A DNA stretch of 64,000 bases from contig CAVVFV010000010.1 in the NCBI GenBank assembly GCA_963747695.1, positions 325,618 to 389,617 of the forward strand, given 5' to 3'. The notes below the pieces were generated by a model, which made no database searches, was not told where the DNA came from, and saw only the letters and a list, made by a program, of their open reading frames with translations. Both the position numbers and the translations under genes were made by a program. Source of the stretch: Candidatus Falkowbacteria bacterium. Lineage in GTDB: Bacteria; Patescibacteriota; Patescibacteriia; Patescibacteriales; WJLG01. Positions 18,532-26,685 of the stretch are shown here, one piece after another; the first letter of the stretch is position 1; each line of letters opens with the position of its first letter.

Positions 18532-18894
18532 ATGGCCACGGCAAAAAAAACACTCGGAAATTTCGGCGAACAATTAGCGCATAATTTTTTAGCAAATCGC
18601 GGTTACGAGATTCTTTTTCAAAACCGGAAAATCGGCCGTTGGGAAATCGATCTTATCGCCCGATTAAAAAACCAGATCATCTTCGTTGAAGTCAAAACTT
18701 TGGCCAACGCGAGAATGATACCAGCCGAGCAGGCGCTAACTCGCCGCCAGATTGAAATTTTAACCAAGGCCATCCGTTTGTATTGCTGGCGCAACAAAAT
18801 AAATCCGGCTAATTCTCGGCTCGATTTTATTTCGATCAATTTGGATCGACTGACTAAAATCGCCCGCCTCCGCCACTATCAAAATATTATCTAG
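18532..18894 (+). CDS. yraN: YraN-family (UPF0102) endonuclease
   Basis: GEQLAHNFLANRGYEILFQNRKIGRWEIDLIARLKNQIIFVEVKT. The start could equally be the ATG at 18511. TATAAT lies at 18497-18502. Confidence 0.8.
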   Translation: MATAKKTLGNFGEQLAHNFLANRGYEILFQNRKIGRWEIDLIARLKNQIIFVEVKTLANARMIPAEQALTRRQIEILTKAIRLYCWRNKINPANSRLDFISINLDRLTKIARLRHYQNII

Positions 18895-18963
18895 CAACGA
18901 AATGAATCGCCGATTGACTAAAAAAACGGATCAGATTAAGATGTAATAAAATTTAATACCAAT

Positions 18964-19992
18964 ATGACGATTAAGAATAAAATTATCTTGCTGCCGTCTT
19001 TAGCTTTCATTTTCTTGATCTGTTTTTATTTTGGCCAGACTACCTTAGCCGATACCGCGCCTGCCGATCAAATTCCCGAACCGACAATCTTAGCCACCAC
19101 GCAAGTTGAAGAAGCTACTAATAGCCAAATCGAAATTAACGGGCTGGTTCCGCACGGTAATAATATTTTGATTTATGTTAACGGAAACTATGATGGTATG
19201 GCTAATATTAGCGAAATAGATAACAATATTTCAAAATTCTCCTACTTATCATCTGCCTTTTCTTCTGACCAGCCTTTTGAAATAATGGCCCTGGCCCAAA
19301 ACAATGCCTCCCTCAAATTTTCCGCTCCGGCCCTGGCCAGCGTGAACTCGGTCGTTCTTAAAACTGCTATTGAACCAGCTCCTCAAAACAATCAGTTTTT
19401 TGAGCCCGGCAAATTAGCTGTTCTCAACTCTCCCAGACTCTTAACTCCGGTCGGTGCTGATTGCGTTGTCAGCCCTTTGATCTCGGGCACCGGCCCAATT
19501 GGTTCTTCAATCTATATTTATATCGATGATTCACTTGCAACGATCATTCCCGTCTCCAGTTCGTCTCCCAGCACATTATCATTCAACTATAAACCCAGCG
19601 GGGTTCTTTCCAGAGGTAGCCATGTCGTTTATGCGATTGCCAGGGACAACCAAGGGAGCAAGAGCGCCAAATCTAATATTTTGAATTTCTGCACAATCAT
19701 TCCCCGCATTACAGCTTCTAGCACGGCCGCAAGCACAACCGATCAAAAACTCGCAACCGGAGAAGGTGCCGCATCGAATTCTCCAGCCAGTTTGGTTTTT
19801 CAAAAAACGCTTCCAAATAATTACCCTAATAATAGCCTAAGAAACACTATAAACTTAATTGTTTTTGCAGTCTTTATTGCCGGATTAATCGCTTGGATGA
19901 TCATTATTGGCAAAGATCTTGCCAGGGAGCGCTCCGAAGCAATCGAGACAAAAACTGATTCCGGCAATGATGATTTACCGGAAAAGAAATAA
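18964..19992 (+). CDS. Secreted, C-terminally membrane-anchored protein with Ig-like repeats
   Basis: N-terminal signal/TM segment, two similar beta-rich segments (ILIYVNGNYDG / IYIYIDDSLAT), and a C-terminal TM helix plus charged tail. Confidence 0.55.
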   Translation: MTIKNKIILLPSLAFIFLICFYFGQTTLADTAPADQIPEPTILATTQVEEATNSQIEINGLVPHGNNILIYVNGNYDGMANISEIDNNISKFSYLSSAFSSDQPFEIMALAQNNASLKFSAPALASVNSVVLKTAIEPAPQNNQFFEPGKLAVLNSPRLLTPVGADCVVSPLISGTGPIGSSIYIYIDDSLATIIPVSSSSPSTLSFNYKPSGVLSRGSHVVYAIARDNQGSKSAKSNILNFCTIIPRITASSTAASTTDQKLATGEGAASNSPASLVFQKTLPNNYPNNSLRNTINLIVFAVFIAGLIAWMIIIGKDLARERSEAIETKTDSGNDDLPEKK

Positions 19993-20046
19993 TTATCGTG
20001 ATAAGCGTAATAGATCCTTCAAATAACAAATACTCGTTCAACAAGC

Positions 20047-20073
20047 AAAAACCGCGAATAATTCGCGGTTTTT
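20047..20073. terminator. Bidirectional terminator
   Basis: aaaaaccgcgaat-a-attcgcggttttt between the convergent 18964-19992 gene and tRNA-Ala. Confidence 0.75.
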
Positions 20074-20079
20074 GCTTTG

Positions 20080-20153
<74 letters not shown>

Positions 20154-20363
20154 TGATTGTCAATTACAAATTACAAATCTTTAATGAATCGTTTTTCAAA
20201 AAACGATAAATTAGTAGCTAATATTAAACAATAATAATAAATTTATTTAATATTAGCAAAATTATATAATATCATATTTTAGTCCACAATAGCGTGGACT
20301 AAAGCCGCATAAAATCCATTAATTTTAATGCCGCTGATAATTTATAATTTTTAATTTATCCTG

Positions 20364-20435
20364 TGTCCCCACCATGAATTGAACATGGATTTAGGACTTA
20401 GGAGATCCTCGTTCTATCCTTTGAACTATGGGGAC
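20364..20435 (-). tRNA. tRNA-Arg (anticodon CCT)
   Basis: GTCCCCA/TGGGGAC acceptor, AGGAT-CTCCTAA-GTCCT anticodon arm, CCATG-TTCAATT-CATGG T arm. 72 nt. Confidence 0.9.
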
Positions 20436-20540
20436 GATTAACCGATAATTATTTTCCCTCAAAGCGCCATTCTTTCTTATTTTAAAAGCCCGCGCGCAAA
20501 TGTGGGCTTTATCTGACTTTAATTTTAATTATATAGCTCT

Positions 20541-20569
20541 TTGACACGTTGTCAATAGTAAAGTAAAAT
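20541..20569 (+). promoter_or_regulatory. Sigma70-type promoter upstream of the bactofilin gene
   Basis: TTGACA (20541-20546), exactly 17 nt spacer, TAAAAT (20564-20569). Confidence 0.55.
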
Positions 20570-20648
20570 GGAAATAATCCAAAGCGACCGAATATCCCTT
20601 CAAACCCTGCCGGCTAACAAAAAAATTACTAGATAACTTTTTAAATTT

Positions 20649-21062
20649 ATGTTTAAGCAAGATTCCAAAGAAAACTACAAGGAAGAATTCAAGGACGCGG
20701 AAACTATCATTGGCCCTTCAGTGATGGTTAAAGGAAATTTTAACAGTACCGGCAACATCGTCATCGATGGCGTTCTCAAGGGTGGCGTTAAAACAGCCGG
20801 CAATATTTACATCGGTGATCATGCGAACATTACAGCTGATCTGGAGGCCAAGTCCGCCAGAATCGGCGGCGAAGTCAAGGGCAACCTAAAAATCGAAGGA
20901 CATTTGCAGGTCGTTGCGGCGGCCAAAATTTTTGGCGATATCGAATGTGCCCTATTGTCAGTCGAATCGGGCGCCGTCATCAATGGAAAAATCGTGATGA
21001 CCAAGGATTTGGCTCTTGAAAAAAAGGAGGATAAGCCCGAACCGTCTCTAGATGAAAAATAA
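20649..21062 (+). CDS. Bactofilin (polymer-forming cytoskeletal protein)
   Basis: Repetitive beta-helix pattern GNIVIDGVLKGGVKTAGNIYIGDHANITADLEAKSARIGGEVKGNLKIEGHLQV, with charged termini. Confidence 0.8.
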   Translation: MFKQDSKENYKEEFKDAETIIGPSVMVKGNFNSTGNIVIDGVLKGGVKTAGNIYIGDHANITADLEAKSARIGGEVKGNLKIEGHLQVVAAAKIFGDIECALLSVESGAVINGKIVMTKDLALEKKEDKPEPSLDEK

Positions 21063-21083
21063 TCGTTTAACGGGTTTTCTTTT

Positions 21084-21803
21084 ATGTACGCCTACATCTA
21101 CGATGATTTAATAACTCAGGGGAAATTTAACAAACTGCTTTATCAGATCGAAAAGCGGTTGACGGATTTAAATTTAAACGGAAAAATAATCCGTCTTGGT
21201 GTTTCGAAAAATATTAAATCAGCCGTTGATGACGAAATCCGCCAAGGGACAAGAACGATCGTCGCCGTCGGCAACGACAAAACGGTCAGCCAGGTTATCA
21301 ACCACATTATCAACAATCGTAGCGACGAGCGGCAGCTGGTCACCTTAGGGATAATCCCAATTGATCTTAAGGAGAGCAAAATCGCCGCGGCGATGGGGAT
21401 CAGATCGATCGGATCAGCGTGCGAAATTTTATTGGCCCGGCGGCTGGAAGTTTTTCAATTAGCTCAGATTAATCAAGGCTATTTTTTGTTTAAGGCGGTG
21501 CTCAATGCTTCGGATACGATTTTAGAAATAGACAAAAATTATATCATTCAAAACCTCAAACCGGCCTTGGTGGAAGTTACCAATCACCCGATTTTAACTG
21601 TGCCGGAAGTCGCTGACCGAAAATTGGAATTACGGGTTTACAACCGGGAAGGGGAGAGTATGTTTTCTTTTAAGGATTTATTAGTTATCAATAAAACCGC
21701 GGCCATCATTACCGACGATTCACTGGCTGTGCAGCCGCCGGCGAAGATCAAACCGAGTCGGGAAAAGATCAGAATAATCGTGGGGAAGGAAAGGAAAATT
21801 TAA
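21084..21803 (+). CDS. DAGK/YegS-like lipid-kinase-fold protein (degenerate motif)
   Basis: TIVAVGNDKTVSQVINHII sits where diacylglycerol-kinase-type proteins have GGDGT. 239 aa. Confidence 0.5.
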   Translation: MYAYIYDDLITQGKFNKLLYQIEKRLTDLNLNGKIIRLGVSKNIKSAVDDEIRQGTRTIVAVGNDKTVSQVINHIINNRSDERQLVTLGIIPIDLKESKIAAAMGIRSIGSACEILLARRLEVFQLAQINQGYFLFKAVLNASDTILEIDKNYIIQNLKPALVEVTNHPILTVPEVADRKLELRVYNREGESMFSFKDLLVINKTAAIITDDSLAVQPPAKIKPSREKIRIIVGKERKI

Positions 21804-21892
21804 CTTCTTTCTTCCCGATTCCCGCCCAGCTTCCTCAATATTCTCAAAGCTCCGCCTTTCGAGTCCCATCAACCTCAGTGTAAATTAAGAGA

Positions 21893-21918
21893 AGCCTGAC
21901 GAAGGTCAGGTTTCTTTT
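21893..21918 (+). terminator. Intrinsic terminator
   Basis: cctgac-gaag-gtcagg followed by tttctttt. Confidence 0.6.
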
Positions 21919-21988
21919 GATTTATGCGGAGTCTACGGGCCGATTTTGAAAAAATTGATTGGGTAGAAGTCGGAGCGGTGGTTGATAA

Positions 21989-22660
21989 TTATTTTTTATT
22001 GCGACCGATGAATGCAAAATAATCCTTATCATCCTTCCACGTCTTTAAAAATTGAAAATTTTTAAAATGTTTTTTAATTAATTGCCTGTTATATATAAAA
22101 TGTGTCAAACCTGCTTCATTTCCTTGGGTCGGCAAATAAGTGTTTGGCGCAATTTTTTTGGCAGTCTTCACTAAAAACAGTCTAATTTTTCCTTTTGAAA
22201 TACGACCGCATAAAGTAATAAAAATTAATCCACCCGGTTTAACAATCCGGGTGATTTCTTTAATTGTTTTTAGGATAGCGGTTTCTTTGGCGTGTTGTAA
22301 TACTTGAACGCTAATTAAAGCGTCAAAATAGTTGTCTCGATATGGCAATGGCGCAAAAGCGTTTTCTAATTTTAAATCAGCTTGTAGCCTGCGTTCCTTT
22401 AGGGTTTTTCTTAATATTTTTAAGCCAGACGGGGCGCTATCTAGGCCGTAAACACTAAAATTATTTGCCAAAGGCAAAATATTTCTACCTGCCCCACAGC
22501 CAAGATCTAAAACTTTTTTAACCCCAAGCTCTTTAAATATTTTAACAACCTTACCTAAATCCGGGTGAGGGGTTTCTAAAATATCGTAATACTTGTAATC
22601 TTTTCCCTCGCCCTTATAAATTTGTTCCCATTGAGAACTTTTTGTTTTTAGGTTGTTCAT
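21989..22660 (-). CDS. Class I SAM-dependent methyltransferase (AT-rich cassette)
   Basis: VLDLGCGAGRNILPLA motif I and LISVQVLQH. Visibly lower GC than the surrounding core genes. Confidence 0.75.
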   Translation of the reverse strand: MNNLKTKSSQWEQIYKGEGKDYKYYDILETPHPDLGKVVKIFKELGVKKVLDLGCGAGRNILPLANNFSVYGLDSAPSGLKILRKTLKERRLQADLKLENAFAPLPYRDNYFDALISVQVLQHAKETAILKTIKEITRIVKPGGLIFITLCGRISKGKIRLFLVKTAKKIAPNTYLPTQGNEAGLTHFIYNRQLIKKHFKNFQFLKTWKDDKDYFAFIGRNKK

Positions 22661-22795
22661 AATAAAAGTATAACAAAAAATTGCTTAAACAGCGATTTTC
22701 ATAAAAAAGAGAATAATTTCTAAACCCGTCTGCCGTTATCTCAAAAGCGACCTTTTTAATACAAAGACAGCTCCAATATTGGCGCTGTCTCATGT

Positions 22796-23047
22796 AGCGG
22801 AGTGGGCGGGATCGTTCCCTCGCGGCTCTCGCCTCGCTCCTGACCAGTTCGAGCCCCTGAACGAGCCAAGGGGTTGACTTACATGAGCTGCGGTCGCGCT
22901 CGCGTCGCTTCCGCTCCGCTCACTTGTCCAGAGGCAGCGCCGACCTGCCCCCGGCAGGTCGTCGGCCGCTCGCCTGCGTCTGCCGCCGCCGGAATTGCGG
23001 CGGCAGACGCGTCTCGCTCCTGCAGTTCGAGTCCCGCTTCCTCACAA
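22796..23047 (+). repeat. GC-rich T-loop-ended units U1 (partial) and U2 (full, about 22863-23047)
   Basis: Both end in CTCGCTCCTG(AC)CAGTTCGAG(C/T)CCC. U2 aligns block-by-block with the minus-strand units at 55201-55365 and 55401-55571. 22796-22811 repeats 15 of 16 nt of the tRNA-Asp 3' end region. Confidence 0.7.
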
Positions 23048-23092
23048 CTCAAATTTAAAACAGCCCCGAATAGGGGCTGTTTTAAATTTGAG
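23048..23092. terminator. Bidirectional terminator shared by tRNA-Asp and unit U2
   Basis: Perfect hairpin ctcaaatttaaaacagcccc-gaat-aggggctgttttaaatttgag abutting the tRNA-Asp 3' end. Confidence 0.75.
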
Positions 23093-23166
23093 CGGAGTGG
23101 ACGGGACTCGAACCCGCGACCTCTTCCGTGACAGGGAAGCGTTCTAACCAACTGAACTACCACTCC
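23093..23166 (-). tRNA. tRNA-Asp (anticodon GTC)
   Basis: GGAGTGG/CCACTCC acceptor, CTTCC-CTGTCAC-GGAAG anticodon arm, GCGGG-TTCGAGT-CCCGT T arm. 74 nt. Confidence 0.9.
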
Positions 23167-23223
23167 AAAAATTTTTTTAAATATAAATAAGTGTTTGATT
23201 TTATCCGCCTTGTTCTTATTATA

Positions 23224-23283
23224 GGCCTCGCCAGGGGATGAACCCCTGGCGCCCGGTCGGATGACCGGGCGAACTACCACTCC
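23224..23283 (-). repeat. Double-hairpin element copy B fused to an exact 13-nt copy of the tRNA-Asp 5' end
   Basis: Minus-sense GGAGTGGTAGTTC (23283-23271, identical to 23166-23154) followed by gcccggtcatccgaccgggcgccaggggttcatcccctggcgaggcc. Confidence 0.75.
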
Positions 23284-23506
23284 AATTATCAGATGAACTA
23301 CCTTATTATATCATCTAAAAACAAAAAACGAAATTGCTTTCGCTTTCTTAAGGAAAAGAATATCAATAACGGCGATAACAGTCAAGGCCGTTCTTGGTTA
23401 ATTAGTCAATTAGTTAATTAGTTGAAAAAATCGGGCGTGTCGCGCCTTATCGCACTTCTTGACGCCTTGCGACTAATTAACTAATCAACTAATTTACCAA
23501 TTTCTT

Positions 23507-23537
23507 TTATCCACCTCTTATCAACACCTTATGAACA
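23507..23537 (+). promoter_or_regulatory. Three phased DnaA-box-like 9-mers upstream of dnaA
   Basis: ttatccacc (23507), ttatcaaca (23518) and ttatgaaca (23529), spaced exactly 11 nt apart. Compare the consensus TTATCCACA. Confidence 0.65.
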
Positions 23538-23672
23538 TTTACAGCCTACTTAAATATTCCATCCTCTGATATACTGATTACTTGCTGCGGCAGATTATTT
23601 CTGCGCCGCTATTGCAAAATTATTTTACTTATCCTAAGATATAAAATCAGCTTTAAAAAACTCTTTGCTTCT

Positions 23673-25046
23673 ATGAATAACGAGCAAATTTGGCAAGCGG
23701 CCTTGGGCGAGATTGAATTGAATTTGTCCAAAGCAAACTTCACCACGTGGTTTAAGAATACTTTTGTTTCTTCTTTTGAAGACGGCCGGGCGATCCTCTG
23801 CGTCCCTAATGCTTTTACCAAGTCGTGGTTAGAAACAAAATATCACAAAGAAATCGCCAGCGCGCTCGAGCATGTCGTAAATCTAAAAATCAAAGAAATA
23901 CTTTACAAAGTGGAGTTGAAGAAAGCTGCGGCTGGTGCCGGCCTCCTGGAAAAAATCCATCTCAAAAAGAAAAAAGAAAACAGTGAAAGCAATGAAATAG
24001 TTTCCTCGGCCAATCGCTTCGGACTCAATCCTAAATATACTTTTGAAGCTTTTGTCGTCGGGCGCGGGAACGAACTGGCCCATGCCGCTTGCCAGGCGGT
24101 GGCCAATAACCCCGGCCGCGTTTATAATCCGTTATTCATTTACGGCGGCGTCGGTCTGGGAAAAACTCATCTCCTGCAGGCCATCGGCAATGAAATAGCC
24201 AAACGGACCAACAAGGTTCTTTATACCACCAGCGAAAACTTCACCAACGACTATGTCAACTCGGTCCGCTCGGGCAAGGCCAAGGACTTCAAAGACCGTT
24301 ATCGCAATGTCGATCTCTTATTAATCGATGATGTGCAATTCATGGGCGGCAAAGACGGAACTCAACAAGAATTCTTCCACACCTTCAACGAACTGCAGCA
24401 AGCCGACAAACAAATAATTCTCACTTCCGACAAACCGCCGAAATTGATTCCGGCGCTCGAGGCGCGGCTGGCTTCGCGTTTCGAATCAGGAATGGTAGCC
24501 GATATCGGCCAACCGGACGTGGAAACCAAAGTGGCCATCTTGGAAAGAAAGGCGCGGGAAAAAAATTATCTCCTTGATACTGAAATCCTTCATTACGTCG
24601 CGGCAAATATTAAAAATAATATCCGCGAGCTGGAAGGCGCATTAAACAAAATCGTCGCTTATCATGAATTCAATAACACCGCGCCGACTTTAAAAACCGT
24701 CAAAAGCATCCTTAACGACTTAATCGTTTCCACCCAGGCCCGCTCGATCTCACCCCGGGATATTATGGAAGCCGTCTGCCGCTTCTATAGCATTGAAAAC
24801 AAAGATTTGATCGGCAAGGGCCGTAAAAAAGAGCTGGTCTGGCCGCGCCAAATTTCTATTTATTTGATGCGCAAGGAAATCAATTACTCCTACCCGACGA
24901 TCGGCAATGAGTTGGGCGGCCGGGATCACACCACGGCCATGCATGCTTATAATAAAATCCTCGACGAAGTTGAAACCAAGGAAAACGAAAAAGTAATTCA
25001 GGAAATCGAATCGATCAAGCAAATCCTTTACAGCTCCCCTTTGTGA
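23673..25046 (+). CDS. dnaA: Chromosomal replication initiator DnaA
   Basis: GGVGLGKTHLLQAIGN, LLIDDVQFMGGK and C-terminal HTTAMHAYNKI. 457 aa. Confidence 0.95.
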   Translation: MNNEQIWQAALGEIELNLSKANFTTWFKNTFVSSFEDGRAILCVPNAFTKSWLETKYHKEIASALEHVVNLKIKEILYKVELKKAAAGAGLLEKIHLKKKKENSESNEIVSSANRFGLNPKYTFEAFVVGRGNELAHAACQAVANNPGRVYNPLFIYGGVGLGKTHLLQAIGNEIAKRTNKVLYTTSENFTNDYVNSVRSGKAKDFKDRYRNVDLLLIDDVQFMGGKDGTQQEFFHTFNELQQADKQIILTSDKPPKLIPALEARLASRFESGMVADIGQPDVETKVAILERKAREKNYLLDTEILHYVAANIKNNIRELEGALNKIVAYHEFNNTAPTLKTVKSILNDLIVSTQARSISPRDIMEAVCRFYSIENKDLIGKGRKKELVWPRQISIYLMRKEINYSYPTIGNELGGRDHTTAMHAYNKILDEVETKENEKVIQEIESIKQILYSSPL

Positions 25047-25247
25047 GCAACCTGTGAACAAGCCCGTCCGGCGCTGTTCACAACCACCGCACAACTTTTC
25101 ACAACATCGGGATAACTTTTGCCGCCATTCAGTTTTACACAATCCGCAAAAAAAATTCCCCAGCTCATCCCCACCTTAGCCGGCCTTCCCGCGCCCCGAA
25201 ATAATTTAATATTAAAGAATATTTTTTATCCACCCGCTTTATCCACC
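25042..25247. promoter_or_regulatory. Putative oriC: DnaA-box cluster in the dnaA-dnaN spacer
   Basis: tgtgagcaa (25042), tgtgaacaa (25053), tgttcacaa (25075), ttttcacaa (25096), ttttacaca (25133), and ttatccacc twice (25226, 25239). An AT-rich stretch follows at 25200-25290. Confidence 0.65.
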
Positions 25248-25294
25248 CGCTTATTACTATTATTAACTTAAGATATATTTAATTAACAAAAGAT

Positions 25295-26437
25295 ATGAAT
25301 CTCTCAATCCTGAAAGAAAATTTAAAACAAGGATTGTTCGTTGTCAGCCACTTAGCCGGTAAAAATGCTAACCTGCCGATTTTGAATAATATTTTAGTCG
25401 AGGTTAAAAAAGAAGGAGTGCGGCTGGTCACCACGAATTTGGAGGTCGGCATAACGCATTTTATTCGCGGCAAGGTTGAAAAAGAAGGAAGTTTTACGGT
25501 GGATGCCAAGATTTTTGCCGACTACATCAATCTTTTGCCGAATAAAAAGATAGATTTGATCAGGGAGGATGGCGCGCTGCGCGTCGAGTGTGAAAATTTC
25601 AAGACAAAAATAAAAACCGAAGCCAGTGAAGATTTTCCTTTGATTCCGCAAATTGAGAAAAAAAATAAAAAAACGGTCAAGATTTCCGACTTGAAGAACG
25701 CCCTCGCGAAAGTAGTTTTTGCCGCCGCTTCGAGCGAATCCCGGATTGAGTTGTCTGGAGTCTTGTTTACCATTAACCAGAATAAATTAGTCTTGGCGGC
25801 CACCGACAGCTATCGCTTGGCGGAAAAGGAGCTGGAAATTAAAGAAGACTCGGGCGAAGGGAAAGAGAAGAACGTCCCGGAACAAAAAGTAATTGTCCCG
25901 GCCCGGACGATCCAGGAGATTTTGAGAATTTTAGCCGGCCTGGATCAGGGTGAAGGCGGCAAGAAGGAAATCAGTTTTTATATCAACGACAGCCAGATCT
26001 TGTTTGCCGTTGATAACACCGAGCTGATCTCGCGTTTGATCGAGGGGCAATACCCCGACTATAAGCAGATTATTCCGGCGGCCGGTAAAACCACGGCGGT
26101 GTTGAACCGCTTTGAATTAATTAGGGCCATTAAAGCGTCGGCGCTTTTTTCCAAAAGCGGCATTAACGATATTAATTTGGATTTCCCTGAAGGCAAGAAT
26201 CAGGTGATCGTCTCGTCGGCTTCCGGCACCACCGGCGAGAATATCGTCAAGATCGAGGCCGAGACCACCGGCATCGACAATGGCATCATCATCAACTATC
26301 AATATTTATTAGACGGGCTGAACAATATCGACGAAGAGACGATCAAACTGGAAGTGATCGACGGCAACACGCCCTGTCTGATCAAACCGCTCGGCGAAAA
26401 GGGATATTTATACATCATTATGCCGATTAAACAATAG
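25295..26437 (+). CDS. dnaN: DNA polymerase III beta sliding clamp
   Basis: 380 aa, MNLSILKENLKQGL... typical clamp N-terminus. Lies directly after dnaA. Confidence 0.9.
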   Translation: MNLSILKENLKQGLFVVSHLAGKNANLPILNNILVEVKKEGVRLVTTNLEVGITHFIRGKVEKEGSFTVDAKIFADYINLLPNKKIDLIREDGALRVECENFKTKIKTEASEDFPLIPQIEKKNKKTVKISDLKNALAKVVFAAASSESRIELSGVLFTINQNKLVLAATDSYRLAEKELEIKEDSGEGKEKNVPEQKVIVPARTIQEILRILAGLDQGEGGKKEISFYINDSQILFAVDNTELISRLIEGQYPDYKQIIPAAGKTTAVLNRFELIRAIKASALFSKSGINDINLDFPEGKNQVIVSSASGTTGENIVKIEAETTGIDNGIIINYQYLLDGLNNIDEETIKLEVIDGNTPCLIKPLGEKGYLYIIMPIKQ

Positions 26438-26451
26438 AAAAGGAGGATAAA

Positions 26452-26613
26452 ATGAGTCATGGAATATCGGTGGCGGTTCGTTGTGGCAAGGTGCGGGTAA
26501 AAATGCCGGCTTGGCTGTGCGGCACGCTAAGCATGCGCGAAATCAGGAAATGGAAGGCCGCGCAATATCCCAGAAGAACTCATAAAAAGTCACCAAAAAA
26601 GCAAAGCAAATAA
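26452..26613 (+). CDS. Small basic hypothetical protein (53 aa)
   Basis: Below the ORF-track cutoff. Strong SD aaaggagg lies 6 nt upstream of the ATG. Sequence MSHGISVAVRCGKVRVKMPAWLCGTLSMREIRKWKAAQYPRRTHKKSPKKQSK. Followed by a terminator. Confidence 0.45.
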   Translation: MSHGISVAVRCGKVRVKMPAWLCGTLSMREIRKWKAAQYPRRTHKKSPKKQSK

Positions 26614-26642
26614 CAAAAAGATTTGTCGCGCCTAAACATTAC

Positions 26643-26674
26643 AAAAACCGCCACCTGTTAAGATGGCGGTTTTT
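26643..26674. terminator. Bidirectional terminator
   Basis: aaaaaccgcca...tggcggttttt between the small ORF and the convergent PBP gene. Confidence 0.7.
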
Positions 26675-26685
26675 AAATTGATCAT

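Noticed and set aside
22863-23047. GC-rich units as RNase P RNA, SRP RNA or 6S RNA
   Set aside because: They lack the conserved RNase P P4 strings (GAGGAAAGTCC.. / ACAGAA..), and gaggaagcgggac is only a superficial resemblance. They also lack the SRP domain IV GGAA/AGCA loop pattern. Four paralogous copies are not expected for these single-copy RNAs.
22874-23280. 85-aa (+) and 133-aa (-) ORFs across the GC-rich units and tRNA-Asp
   Set aside because: They overlap a tRNA gene and its terminator. Their composition (Ala/Arg/Ser/Pro) is what high-GC non-coding sequence yields, and there is no SD.
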